DNA of 64,000 nucleotides from Podarcis liolepis (taxonomy: Eukaryota). Position numbers and translations under genes: made by a program. Within the stretch, counting starts at the first letter, position 1. The number at the start of each line of letters is the position of its first letter. Shown piece after piece: positions 36,301-45,472 of the stretch. The notes beneath the pieces were generated by a model. It made no database searches. It was not told where the DNA came from and saw nothing but the letters and a program-made list of their open reading frames with translations. The stretch lies in assembly GCA_965112155.1 (NCBI GenBank), contig OZ218113.1; one strand, written 5' to 3'.

Positions 36301-36922
36301 ATCAAAACATATATTTTATACATCTTTTTCACTTCATGATAAACATATGAAAGTATGCAACTCTTTTTATTTTTTCCTTTATTTTAGATGCCATTTTGAG
36401 AAAGCAGATCAGCCTTGTATTTGACACCTGGACTGGTCAGATGCCCAGAAATGTAATCTAAGTGCATGAAACTCCAGATTAGTTTCAAAGTGATGACAAA
36501 TTGAATTTATGCCCCATGAATATTAAATACAGAGTTAAATTATGGTGCACAAGGTGCCAAAAATTGTGTTTTAACTGTGCTGATGGATGTGATTTAGACA
36601 CCTAAAACCCTGCAAGGGTGGGACATCAAAGCCACTTTCCTTCTCCAGGAAGAGAAAGAAAAAGTTAGTAAGTACTGTAAGTAACTTGAATCCCTAACTC
36701 TGGTGCTTTGTTGGAACCTGGCAGCTATTTATTATGTACTCAACAGGGCAGAAACGAGCCGTACCAATCCTTGCTCATTTCAAACAGCTCTGTCCTTTGA
36801 ATGAAATATAATCCCCAAGTGTAGTACAGCCTACTGTATACATCCAAGGGTCACACCCCACTTTCTCATGCTTCAACCTGCCTTGTGCTGATTAAGCTTA
36901 ACAGAATTTGTACGCTTACCAT
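5683..36922 (-). CDS. MTMR3: Myotubularin-related protein 3, spliced CDS: join of 36920-36922, 35482-35571, 33963-34079, 28552-28634, 27433-27599, 24338-24434, 23558-23671, 22111-22316, 20696-20827, 18715-18826, 17756-17951, 16920-17105, 16414-16584, 14872-15017, 13250-14645, 9805-9893, [optional 7974-8000], 5683-5854
   Basis: Hand-spliced exons all have GT-AG boundaries and compatible phases, totalling 3477 nt (1158 aa + stop; 1167 aa with the microexon). The translation matches vertebrate MTMR3 as I know it, from MDEETQHSLECIQANQIFPRKQ to ...DLELDKPIAATSN*, with the HCSDGWDRT catalytic motif and a C-terminal FYVE domain. Confidence 0.97.
7974..8000 (-). CDS. MTMR3: MTMR3 27-nt cassette microexon (R)DPDRVDQT(W) inside the FYVE domain
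   Basis: ctttttctcccctccttgcag|GGACCCTGACCGTGTTGATCAGACTTG|gtgagc; phase 2/2, frame-preserving. Resembles the DTDRVDQTW insertion I recall from a human MTMR3 isoform. Confidence 0.88.
9805..9893 (-). CDS. MTMR3: MTMR3 FYVE exon VTRWLPDHLAAHCYGCDSAFWLVSRKHHC(R) (89 nt)
   Basis: tccag| ... |gtaatg; WxxD and RKHHCR FYVE motifs. Confidence 0.97.
9971..10042. repeat. (GGAA)18 microsatellite
   Basis: Directly visible, perfect repeat. Confidence 0.95.
10413..10584. other. Assembly gap (172 N)
   Basis: Run of N in the sequence. Confidence 1.
11933..12240 (-). mobile_element. Sauria SINE with an internal deletion near its 5' end
   Basis: (ACCTTT)n tail seen as aaaggtaaaggtaaagg; body aligns by eye with the SINE halves at 24511-24703 and 25793-25949. 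Confidence 0.88.
12915..12972. repeat. (CA)n microsatellite
   Basis: Directly visible. Confidence 0.95.
13250..14645 (-). CDS. MTMR3: MTMR3 large exon (1396 nt): disordered linker and coiled coil, LPKTRSFDNL...QQRLRQIESGHQQEVETLKKQVQEL...DYGDEV
   Basis: Corresponds to ORF 13241..14611; tcaag| ... |gtaagt; phase 2/0. Confidence 0.96.
14872..15017 (-). CDS. MTMR3: MTMR3 exon VLYPVCHVRNLMLW...EDQPLG(R) (146 nt)
   Basis: ctcag| ... |gtgagc; phase 0/2. Confidence 0.96.
16414..16584 (-). CDS. MTMR3: MTMR3 exon VKLVQHTYSCLFGTFL...SSQSES (171 nt)
   Basis: tatag| ... |gtatgt; phase 0/0. Confidence 0.97.
16920..17105 (-). CDS. MTMR3: MTMR3 exon GFQVLVEMEWLDFGHKF...FEFNEAFL (186 nt)
   Basis: ctcag| ... 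|gtgagt; phase 0/0. Confidence 0.97.
17756..17951 (-). CDS. MTMR3: MTMR3 catalytic exon WLSALESTKW...HCSDGWDRT...YYRTIE (196 nt)
   Basis: tgcag| ... |gttcgt; intact CX5R motif HCSDGWDRT at 17813-17839. Confidence 0.98.
18355..18394. repeat. (TG)n-TA-(CA)n microsatellite
   Basis: Directly visible; partly self-complementary. Confidence 0.9.
18715..18826 (-). CDS. MTMR3: MTMR3 exon YYPNCEVVFMGMANIHSIR...PDPG(N) (112 nt)
   Basis: aacag| ... |gtgagt; NIH motif. Confidence 0.96.
19427..19669. mobile_element. Tc1/mariner (Tigger-like) MITE
   Basis: TIRs CAGTGGTACCTCGGGTTA ... TAACCCGAGGTACCACTG flanked by a TA duplication. Confidence 0.9.
20696..20827 (-). CDS. MTMR3: MTMR3 exon SSISNASGAE...LDARSYAAAVANRAKGGGCECP(E) (132 nt)
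   Basis: ttcag| ... |gtgagt; myotubularin DAR...N.AKGGG motif. Confidence 0.96.
21198..21917 (-). mobile_element. tRNA-derived SINE split by the L2 insertion (parts about 21198-21272 and 21881-21917)
   Basis: The halves rejoin as ...ttcaacctgggacct|tctg...agatgctctac..., the reverse complement of the SINE head seen at 54648 and 61545. Confidence 0.65.
21273..21880 (+). mobile_element. 5'-truncated L2-clade LINE (ORF2 C-terminus, 3' UTR and (ATT)n tail)
   Basis: Translates VVHALVISHLDYCN...LQLIQNAAARLV...HITPVLKDLHWLPV, typical of L2-type ORF2; one in-frame TGA at 21470-21472. Confidence 0.88.
22111..22316 (-). CDS. MTMR3: MTMR3 exon HQGNGAVISRCGQPEVSWWGWR...SDVEF(D) (206 nt)
   Basis: tacag| ... 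|gtaagt; phase 2/1. Confidence 0.96.
23558..23671 (-). CDS. MTMR3: MTMR3 exon LCSSYPQELIVP...RIPAVVY(R) (114 nt)
   Basis: cacag| ... |gtgagg; phase 2/2. Confidence 0.96.
24338..24434 (-). CDS. MTMR3: MTMR3 exon EHVSSRFKNE...NINEKY(K) (97 nt)
   Basis: tgtag| ... |gtaagt; phase 1/2. Confidence 0.96.
24511..25949 (-). mobile_element. Near full-length Sauria SINE interrupted by a DNA transposon
   Basis: Tail ggtaaaggtaaagg at left, tRNA-like head at right; duplication GTCAAGAAATTA at 24499-24510 and 25947-25958. Confidence 0.92.
24706..25790 (+). mobile_element. Non-autonomous Tc1/mariner element of Tc2/pogo type (1085 bp) with a transposase C-terminal remnant
   Basis: 27-bp TIRs CCGTATTTTTCGCACCATTGGACGCAC / GTGCGTCCAATGGAGCGAAAAATGCAG; TA TSD; 25407-25550 translates GISNALDGYEDGILHEDSEE...DELLGFTEE*. 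Confidence 0.9.
26336..26381 (+). pseudogene. tRNA-Lys(CTT)-derived fragment (tRNA pseudogene or SINE head)
   Basis: TAGCTCAGTTGGAAGAGCATGAGACTCTTAATCTCAGGGTCATG matches the D-arm and anticodon arm of vertebrate tRNA-Lys-CTT; T-arm and 3' acceptor strand are missing. Confidence 0.8.
27433..27599 (-). CDS. MTMR3: MTMR3 exon CQFSTFEQCQEWL...DLCRP(G) (167 nt)
   Basis: tacag| ... |gtatga; phase 2/1. Confidence 0.96.
27960..28240 (+). mobile_element. Degenerate L2-type LINE 3' end (similar fragments near 8890-9255, 29920-30200, 51960-52140, 53400-53635 on +; 41780-41850 and 62160-62420 on -)
   Basis: aggccttttc..gtggc..cc..ctgtgg motif and gtgaa.cgccctg...AAT tail shared with the 21273-21880 element; coordinates approximate. 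Confidence 0.6.
28552..28634 (-). CDS. MTMR3: MTMR3 exon VPLQLIESVE...CKVI(R) (83 nt, PH-GRAM)
   Basis: cacag| ... |gtatgt; phase 0/2. Confidence 0.96.
33963..34079 (-). CDS. MTMR3: MTMR3 exon VPFPELHGES...KESIVN (117 nt, PH-GRAM)
   Basis: aacag| ... |gtaagt; phase 0/0. Confidence 0.96.
34617..34898. mobile_element. Tc1/mariner (Tigger-like) MITE, second family
   Basis: Imperfect 24-bp TIRs CAGACGTACTTTGGTTTTCTAACA / TGTTCGAAAACCAAGGTACGACTA with TA flanks; internal duplication caacttggaattcaaatg. Confidence 0.8.
35482..35571 (-). CDS. MTMR3: MTMR3 exon DEETQHSLEC...DENLQ (90 nt)
   Basis: ttttcag| ... |gtagtc; translation matches the MTMR3 N-terminus. Confidence 0.96.
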
Positions 36923-36996
36923 GACAGAGTCAGGTTAATAGGCAGAGCCTTGTCCCTGCTTTCAATTGTCTGTAGCGCTGTATATCATGTAACAAT
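36920..36996 (-). CDS. MTMR3: MTMR3 exon ending in the initiator ATG (74 nt UTR + ATG)
   Basis: Acceptor ttttgtctttcag|, donor GTCATG|GTAAGC. Phase 0 join to the GAT-GAA-GAG exon gives MDEE. Confidence 0.85.
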
Positions 36997-38980
36997 CTGA
37001 AAGACAAAATTAGAAAGTGAGTAAACAGGACAACACATTTACTATTAGTAAATAAGTCACCGATATTCACTTGGATTCTAAATAACTCAAGTACAGATGT
37101 AAGGAAACAGAGTTCAAACGACAAAATATAGGCAAAGGCATTTAATTAACTCCATTTGATTTTTTCAAAGCGTAACTGACTCACTCAAATTTGTTCTGAA
37201 TTTTTGGTTGCTGGGTTTCTTTAAAAGACTGATTTGAATTTGCATTATAACAGATGTCCATGCTGCAAAGCAAACCATTTCTGAAGCTCTGAAGAGTCTG
37301 AAAAAATGGTATTGGAATCTGCCATTCAAAGAATAAAAGTAAAAACAAGTCCCGCAGGGTGCACTTAACTCCTGAGGCACATCAAAAGTAGCTCTTTGGA
37401 TTCTGGCTGTTCTATTTATTAACCAAGCTCACCTGCCATGGTGATGAATTCACTTTTAACGTCACTGTTAACAGTGAACCTCAAGAAAAGTACAAAGTCA
37501 CGCAGTTCTGTGAGCTGCCATTTAGCCTATTAACATAGAGCTCTGCAATATGTTTAACTACCTGGAATATCACTACGAAATACAGCCTTCCGAGAAGCCC
37601 TATAGCCCTTTAAAAGTTTTAACTTTATTTATGTAGAAGGCTGATATCCTAACTAGGCCTTCAAATGAATCAGGGCTGCTTACAATACTCTCCCTATTAT
37701 GCCTAACTAAAAAGTTAGAAAGCCATTATAATACTGAGTTAGAAGAAAAGTCCTGGAAAGAAGTCTAATAATGAGTTTATTGTCTATTACAGGAAAATTT
37801 TGTGCCAGCTTTCTGTGCAACAAATTCAGAGCCTGGGTTAATGGCCATAATATGTTGGGGGGGGGGAGAGAAATACCATGGCTACTAAGAGGATGAGATT
37901 TCATATTTTTCATATTTCATTTTTTATAGCTTCTTTAATGGTTTGTTGACTTTAATAAACATTTGATTGATTGGTCTAACTAAACTGTATTAGGAAGAGA
38001 ATTTAACTAAAAACACTGCTGTTTAACTTTTTAGCTCTTCCGTGATCAGAGCTGCCTAATAACTGGAGCTGCAAATATTTGTATTTTTTTATACAATGCA
38101 GCTTACAACAAGCAAGTTCTCAGTTTCACAATAAAAACTACAACACCAAGACAAAACACAAATACCGTAGAATACAATACAATAGCAAAAGGCAGAACCG
38201 ATAAAGCAAACTGCTTCATCAAGGCAAAGCCTGCCCTTAAATATAAAAAAGTATTCAACAACTTTAACTTTAACAAGTGGTGTTTGTGTTTGTTTGTGTG
38301 TGTGTGTGTGTGTGTGTGTCACCCTGACTTCTAATGTGTTGAACAGTGAGTGGACTGAGAAGGCCCTCACTCTCATCCCAGTCAAACAATCCTTCCCCAA
38401 AGATGGGACATAGAGAAGGGTCTCCTCTATATCCAATGCAGTGGGCAAGGTGATATGGGAAAGGCAGTCTGATTAAATTCAGTAATAACTCATTTATGAA
38501 GCCTTTTGGCAGCTTTCTACTAGCATCTATTCGGCAACATGGCTTTCCTAAAAGGCACTCTGATTCTTACTGAGTAGCAAAGAACTTCTGAGCCTGTAAG
38601 TAAGTGCAAGGAAACAGGACTGCAGAGACTGGTATGGCTCAGATTTGCAGCTTGATTGCCTCTCCAACATAGCATGCAGACCATGCACTGCTGAAGCTAT
38701 CTGTTGTGTGGAAGGTGGGGCTAACCCTGCCCACACCTGTGAAATTCCATTCACACTGAATGGTGCATCACACACACACACACACACGTATTCATGGCAG
38801 TTATGCTCGCAACTGAAATATTACCACAAGCAATGCTGTCATGTTCACCTAATGCCTATCCATTCTTCATGACATAATCCAAGACAATACAGAACAAAGT
38901 AAGATTAGAAGGGGGCAGAATCATAACAGCTTCACGTACAAAGCCTATGTCAGTCCTTCCTAACTGGAGACTGAATGGAG

Positions 38981-39175
38981 TAGAATCATAGAATCATAGA
39001 GTTGGAAGAGACCACAAGGGCCATCGAGTCCAACCCCCTGCCAAGCAGGAAACACCATCAGAGCACTCCTGACATATGGTTGTCAAGCCTCTGCTTAAAG
39101 ACCTCCAAAGTAGGAGACTCCACCACACTCCTGGGCAGCAAATTCCACTGTCGAACAGCTCTTACTGTCAGGAAG
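38981..39175 (-). mobile_element. CR1 LINE 3' end
   Basis: (ATTCTATG)n-type tail seen as tagaatcatagaatcataga, followed by typical CR1 3' sequence; an older CR1-like fragment lies near 49400-49760. Confidence 0.85.
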
Positions 39176-39625
39176 GCTACAGGCTACAGGATGAAGCAGA
39201 TAAGAGTGGAAAGCTTTTTGGTCCACATAGCTGGCTCAACTGAAAAGCGAAATGAATATCTCCATAACAAGGTTACCACCAGATGAATCAGAACAAGCTG
39301 CTACTCCCTATTTCTGCCTTCGTAATCATATGGAATACCTCCAATTGTGCACAGAAATATGCCACAAATGGGGGCACACCCTTCTGTCTTTTGCTAATCA
39401 ACTGGCAGTAGTTCGCCAGGGTTTAAGGCTGGGTTCTTTCCCAGTCATACCTGGAGATGCCAAGGACTGAACTGCAGGCCTTGTACATGCAAAGCACATG
39501 CTCTAACACTGAGGTGTGGCCCTTCCCCATACATTCACATTCTGCAGATGTGGACTACCAGAAGGTTCAACACAGTAAGCTGAGATGCTTAAGCTTCATT
39601 TTTTGCTAACCATCTATTAACTTAC

Positions 39626-39690
39626 CAGCTAGTACCAGAATATTCCTTCCAAAAATTCCAGGCGTTGGTTCAATGTTCTGTTACTTCAAA
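39626..39690 (-). other. MTMR3: Probable MTMR3 5'-UTR exon 2 (65 nt)
   Basis: Strong acceptor ctttcgttctttctgctttcag| and donor CTG|GTAAGT, no ATG. Mammalian MTMR3 has a short non-coding exon between exon 1 and the ATG exon (recalled). Confidence 0.6.
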
Positions 39691-42600
39691 CTGAAAGCAG
39701 AAAGAACGAAAGGCCATGCTGTAATCAAACTGAATTCATGGTTATTTGGTGTATGCCACCTCAGAAGCCTGCTTAACTAGCCACAGCAAAAATATAAATA
39801 CTAGAAATGAACAGCCTTCATCCCAAAATAGCATTTAAGCAGTAAAGGTAAACTGTTATTTCTAACTCTCCAGTTCATCCATTCTTCTAATCTTAGCACT
39901 GCTTTCAAGATGTCCATGCCCTAAAATGTATTTTTCAGTAGCTTGTACCCGTTTGGAGCTCACTTTATCTCTAGGAAGCAAGAACAATTGCATAAAGGGA
40001 TAATTAATAATTTTGGAAGTTGGGGGTAGCCGTGATCTCAGCTGAGCTTGAAATACAGAACGAAAGGTAGATTTCAAGTGCTTACTCAAAATCCAGTGAT
40101 ATCATTTTTTAAAAATTATTTTTACTGATTGTACTTATATGACCCCTTTCAGGGCAAAGTCCTCTCAAACCAGTTTGATAATTTGCTTCATTCATACACG
40201 CACACACCCCAGAATATTTTGGCATCATATTTACAGCAGAAACATTGTCCAGTACAATCCATTCCCAATCCCAACAACTTTCCTTTTATGTTTCCACCTG
40301 TGAGCCATCCTGCCACTAAAACGGTCCACTAAAACCTACTGTCTTAGCTAGTCTGAAACCTTTGTCTAATGATGGAAAGATTACAAACTTGTACAGCACT
40401 CCCTTTCAGGTAAGGTTAGATTGTCTTGACTTGACTGCTATTTAAAACCCTCTGAATCTGCACAACAGGCAGTAATTCAGGAGGTCACAGAGCTGTAACT
40501 AGGCACAATGGAGCAATGCCCGAGTGCACCTCCTTCTCCTTTCCAATATATCCATTTCATAAGGGTCGATGCAAAATCCTGAAAACATATTTTGCTGAAA
40601 ACAAGGAAGGGAGAGACTAGACATGGTCTGGGTGGAGATAGTTGTGGTCATGGAGCAAAACTTTCATTTAAAAGGACAGACCAAGACATTCCCCAGAGCT
40701 GTTGCTTCTGCAGTCATTTCTTCACCCACACACTTGTTTCTAAGTTTCAACTTTTCTTCCCCACAAGAGGAGAAAACAAAAACAGAACTGGCAAAAACTC
40801 CATCAGGTGGAGAAAGGGGGGGAAAAGGAAACTGTCTGAACAGGCCATTAGGCTCACTTCCTGAGCACTGAAATGTCAGTGGCTTGTTCCACATGATGAT
40901 GCCTGACACAATAAATATTACACAACACTTTGTATACAAAGGTATATAAAATGAACACCTGCACTAACAATTATTTGAAATCAGTTTTGCAGGATGTATA
41001 TTTACAACCATGTACCCTGTGGATATTGGCAGTCAGACCCAGCTCAGTTTCCCCAATCCAGTTAATTTCTCAAAACACCTGCCTTTTAATTCTCACGCGA
41101 GAAACTAGTTTAAGCGCCACTTGCTTACAAATATGACAAACTGTTCAAGCTACTCTTCAAAAGCTGCAACCCTGTGCATGCTTCCTTGAGAGGAACCCTT
41201 GCCAGGCTAGATTCTCAGAAAATATACATAGCATTGCGCTCTATGTTTGTCACAAGCTCTTAAGTGGTATCTCAAGCAAACAGGGATGCATGTGATGATG
41301 ACATGCTGAAAAACAGAACATTCTTAAGACAGCTTCCACTGATAACACAAGTCCTCCTAGTTTAGCCTTAAGTCGCCTTGCATCCCTGTGAGGGGAAAAG
41401 GCAGGATATAATTAAATATAATAAATATAATAATAAATAAATTAATAAATAAATAGATAATCAATCTCCCATGTCCCCTCAGTTGTCCTGATGGGCTTTT
41501 AAAATAGCCATGAACGTCTCAGTTATGATTCATGTACTAGGCCTTAGCTTAGTGGTAGAGCACATGCTTAGAATGTAGGTGAGGGATGGGAAGCCTATGT
41601 CCCCCACCCCACCCCGCAAGATGTTGCTGGGCTACAACTCCCATCAACTCTGATTTCTGGCTATGCAGGGATGATGTGAGTTAGAGCACAACATCATCTG
41701 GGGGGACCACCCTGATGCAGACGGTCCCAGATTTAACAAGTAAAGATTTCCAATAAAATAAAATTATTATACATACATACATACATACATACCCCGCCCA
41801 TCTGGCTGGGTTTCCCCAGCCACTATGGATGGCTTCCAACAAAATATTAGACAATACTGGGGTACATGGACCAATAATCAGACTCAGTATTAAGAAAGCT
41901 ACATGCAAATATTCCAGCTTTCAAACTTTCATTATCCCTTCTCTGCACAGTATTCACCGCCTTCCTTGTTTGAACTTCTATAAAGAATTTCTATTCCTCC
42001 TTACCCGTGGAGGATAAAATGCCATTGTGGCAGATTTGTCCTTTCCATCACTGCAGCCTGTGTGGCTTTCACTAAATACTTCCAGTGGGGTAGCAGGTTT
42101 TTTTTGAAGCATGAGTAAATTCCTACTTGGCAAACATTAAAGTCTGACATCACGCCCGAGAATGAGATGGCTCGTTTCCACTTTGTGGGTATAATGGAAT
42201 AATTCTTACTGCACATTTCATTATCTTGCATTTCACACACAGGAGTTATTAAATGGCATTATAAGAATTTAGGTTTTATTTTTATAGTCTTCCTGAAATA
42301 AACAAAAGCTAGAACGCAACAGAACTGTATCAATTAGTCTGTACAGGCCATGAGCTAAGGAAAGTACTTGTGGGAAAACTTACTGCATGTCACTGAAAGC
42401 AAACTTTGCATTTTTAAAGAGGCATACTAAAAAGGGATTTTAAAAAGAAGTGCTAAGTGTGCCACAGGCCCAGGCCAAAGTATGAGTCAGTGCCACACAA
42501 AAACGGCCTGTTTCACATGCACCAGTCCTTTGAGAAGCAGCAGGTCTCAGGATTACACACTCCTCACTCTGACACAGCCTCAAGAAGGAAATTGGAAGCA

Positions 42601-43287
42601 TTTGTTTCTAAACCAGGGTTATGTCCAACTAAAGGAAGTAGTTAATTTGAACCAGTGAGGGTGCTGAACAGATGAAGTTGCAGCACCAAATTCAAAAGGA
42701 AGAATCAGGATCACACTTCCTTTCCATCCACTGCTTGAATTCGGAACTCTTTTTGTTGCCATGCACAGCAGCAGAAAAAAACCACCAAATTCAAAAAGCA
42801 TCAAATTCAAGCTAGAAAGGAAGGATCAAGAGGACTATTAAGAGTGTACTTCCAATTCTCCCTTTGCAATCACAGCCTGAATTCAAGCAATGGCTTACAG
42901 TTTGAATCACTTGATGGCATGTGATGTCAGGTGACATTTGTCTATGGAGGACTGGCCACTTCTGGATCTGGTCCTGTAGTCAGGTCCATTTCCCCAAGCT
43001 TCGTTTAAATGATTTGTTCTCCTGAGCTCAGAAGAACCCTGGAAATTTAAAAGGCAGGCGCAAAGCTGTTCAATTTCCTCTCCTCAGCCACACTGGAGGA
43101 AAGGTCACTGGAGGAGAGGTCAAGGTGTGATAATCCTTCTCATGAACATAGCACTGAATTATGGTTTTGCATTGCATGCAAAACAGACCTACATGTGCTG
43201 AACAGTGCCTCTTGATTGCTGGCTTCATCTATCAATCCTAAATTATGGTTTTAATCTTCCTCCTTGAATTGTTATTCCACTTTGATA

Positions 43288-43516
43288 CAGTGGTACCTCG
43301 GGTTAAGTACTTAATTCGTTCTGGAGGTCCGTACTTAACCTGAAACTGTTCTTAATCTGAAGCACCACTTTAGCTAATGGGGCCTCCTGCTGCTGCTGCC
43401 ACACCGCTGGAGCACGATTTCTGTTCTTAACCTGAAACAAAGTTCTTAACCTGAAGCGCTATTTCTGGGTTAGCGGAGTCTGTAACCTGAAGCGTATGTA
43501 ACCCGAGGTACCACTG
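43288..43516. mobile_element. Tc1/mariner (Tigger-like) MITE, same family as 19427-19669
   Basis: Same TIRs, TA TSD and near-identical internal sequence. Confidence 0.9.
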
Positions 43517-45399
43517 TATTTCTTAAAAGGTTGAGAAAGGTTGTTTTGTTTTTTACAATCCAAGCTGCTTCAGACCTTGGTTTTAGGTAAAAATGATGTA
43601 GCAGAAATAGAACAAAATGCATGTATCTGATGGTGTCACACTCAAACCACTAGTACTACTGACTGAAGCTTAGTCTATGCAGGCCAAGCCACAATACCCA
43701 CCACCAAGTGATGAAAGACAACTCCAAGTTGAAGACCAGAGCTTTGCAACTCTGTGCCTTGCGAATGAAGCACAGATGATGCATACAGAATTCCTCCTAC
43801 AGAGGAGGTTGATGGGGCCGGTTCCCCAGAGATTTCCAAAGTGATCCTAAATCAAAGCAGAAGTTTCAGCTCTATCCTATAATTATCAACACAACAGGTG
43901 AAACTTTAGTCACAAATATGTAGCAATTTATCTGACTACCAAGGGAGCTTTCTGGGCATAGATGAAATCTTCATTCTGGAGAGCTGGACTTCATGCAGTG
44001 TTCATCTTTCTGTCCACAAAGACGGATAGTTATCCATTTTGCAAAGGTGATAATATTATATATTCACAGGTTTAAAAAGGGGGTCCAGCAAAGGCTCTTA
44101 TGGGGAACATTAAACGCCTGTGACTTTTTAATTTGCCTTCCTAAAATAAACAAGGGCTAAACACAATAAAGGAGAAAATCTAGTTTTAGGAGCTTTCCCT
44201 TGGACTGGATGTTACTTTCCAAAAAAAGTAAACGTAGTGGTGTGTGTAGTGGTGAAGTGCACAGCTGTCCAAAATAGCATTTGAGAAATGAGTGGCTGCC
44301 TCTTTTTTTATTACCTTTGCAACCCATTATGAACTTTGCTCTGAGCATCTCTATATAGAAAAATTCCTTCAACCATCTTATTGTCTTATTATTGTTCTTT
44401 GTCCTTCTCTTTAACCTTAAACAACTTTGATACAAATATATATATAGAATGATCCGGGACAATTTCATATTATATCAGATTACCTCTATTGTAACCACAG
44501 CAGTAACTTCTAATGAGAGACAGCAGTCACTTCAGAAAAATGTGACATGACTGCCTGAAGAATGATTAGCTAGCCCCAGAAACAAAAGATGGGCACCGGA
44601 ACTGACTGGAAGAAGTTCCTTTCTGTGACAAGATTCTTGAGCAAAAATTATCAAAACGCTTCTCTTTCAAGATGCCCTGAATCTTGGATGAAGACATGAG
44701 CCCCCATGGCATAGTCAGACCTACATACCTCACTGTCTCTTCAGTTGGCAGTACATGTTTCTCCCTTAGGCAAAATGAAAGCTGGGAGATGGAGGGGGGG
44801 GGGTCGGTACGTTTCAAACTTCTGACACGCTTTCCAGAAGTTTGGCCATCACTGTACTGAAGTTTAATTAGCCTTCACAAACCTCATGCCCTATAGATGT
44901 TTTGGCTCCTTTGCCATCACCTGCACAGAATTCCCTGTCACCTGTGGCTACCAGGTTATTATTGAAATCAGCCTTCCCCAACCGAGTGCCCTCCAGGTGC
45001 TTTGGACTACAACTCCTGCCAGCTTCAGCCAGCTCTGCTGTGCTCCCATCCACCTTAGCATCATATGACTGTGCTGGCTGGGGTGACAGGAGTAGTAGTT
45101 CAAAGTATCTGGAAGGCACCAGGTTGAGGAAGGCTGAATTAGACAAAGAATCTTGTCCAGTGGCTGCTATTCCCCCCCCCCCCAAATTGATAAAAATCTC
45201 AGTCATTTAGGGAACAGGGTTGCATGAACTGGAGAGAGATTCAGATTTATTACATTTCTATTGCAAAGCTCAACATCTGTGTTATCCATTAGGTTTTATC
45301 TCTTCCGGTACTAGTGACCAAGCAGCCAATCTCTTTTTTTAGCGGCCCTTCCCTTAGGAAAGGCTAACGGGGAGGGCTGTTTGGTACCACTGCTGGAAG

Positions 45400-45472
45400 G
45401 TGCTAGGTGTCAAACAGTGTGTAGGTGTCAAACAGTGCTATGTGTCAAACAGTGTGTAGGTGTCAAACAGTG
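45400..45472. repeat. Minisatellite: four 17/18-bp units arranged as 2 x 35 bp
   Basis: gtgctaggtgtcaaaca / gtgtgtaggtgtcaaaca / gtgctatgtgtcaaaca / gtgtgtaggtgtcaaaca. Confidence 0.9.

Noticed and set aside
37433-37479. Possible extra leader exon ending ACCATGGCAG|GTGAGC
   Set aside because: The donor is good but the acceptor is an atypical GAG; 39626-39690 is a much better candidate.
45400-45472. Short direct repeats superficially like a CRISPR array
   Set aside because: No unique spacers, vertebrate intron, no cas genes; a simple minisatellite.
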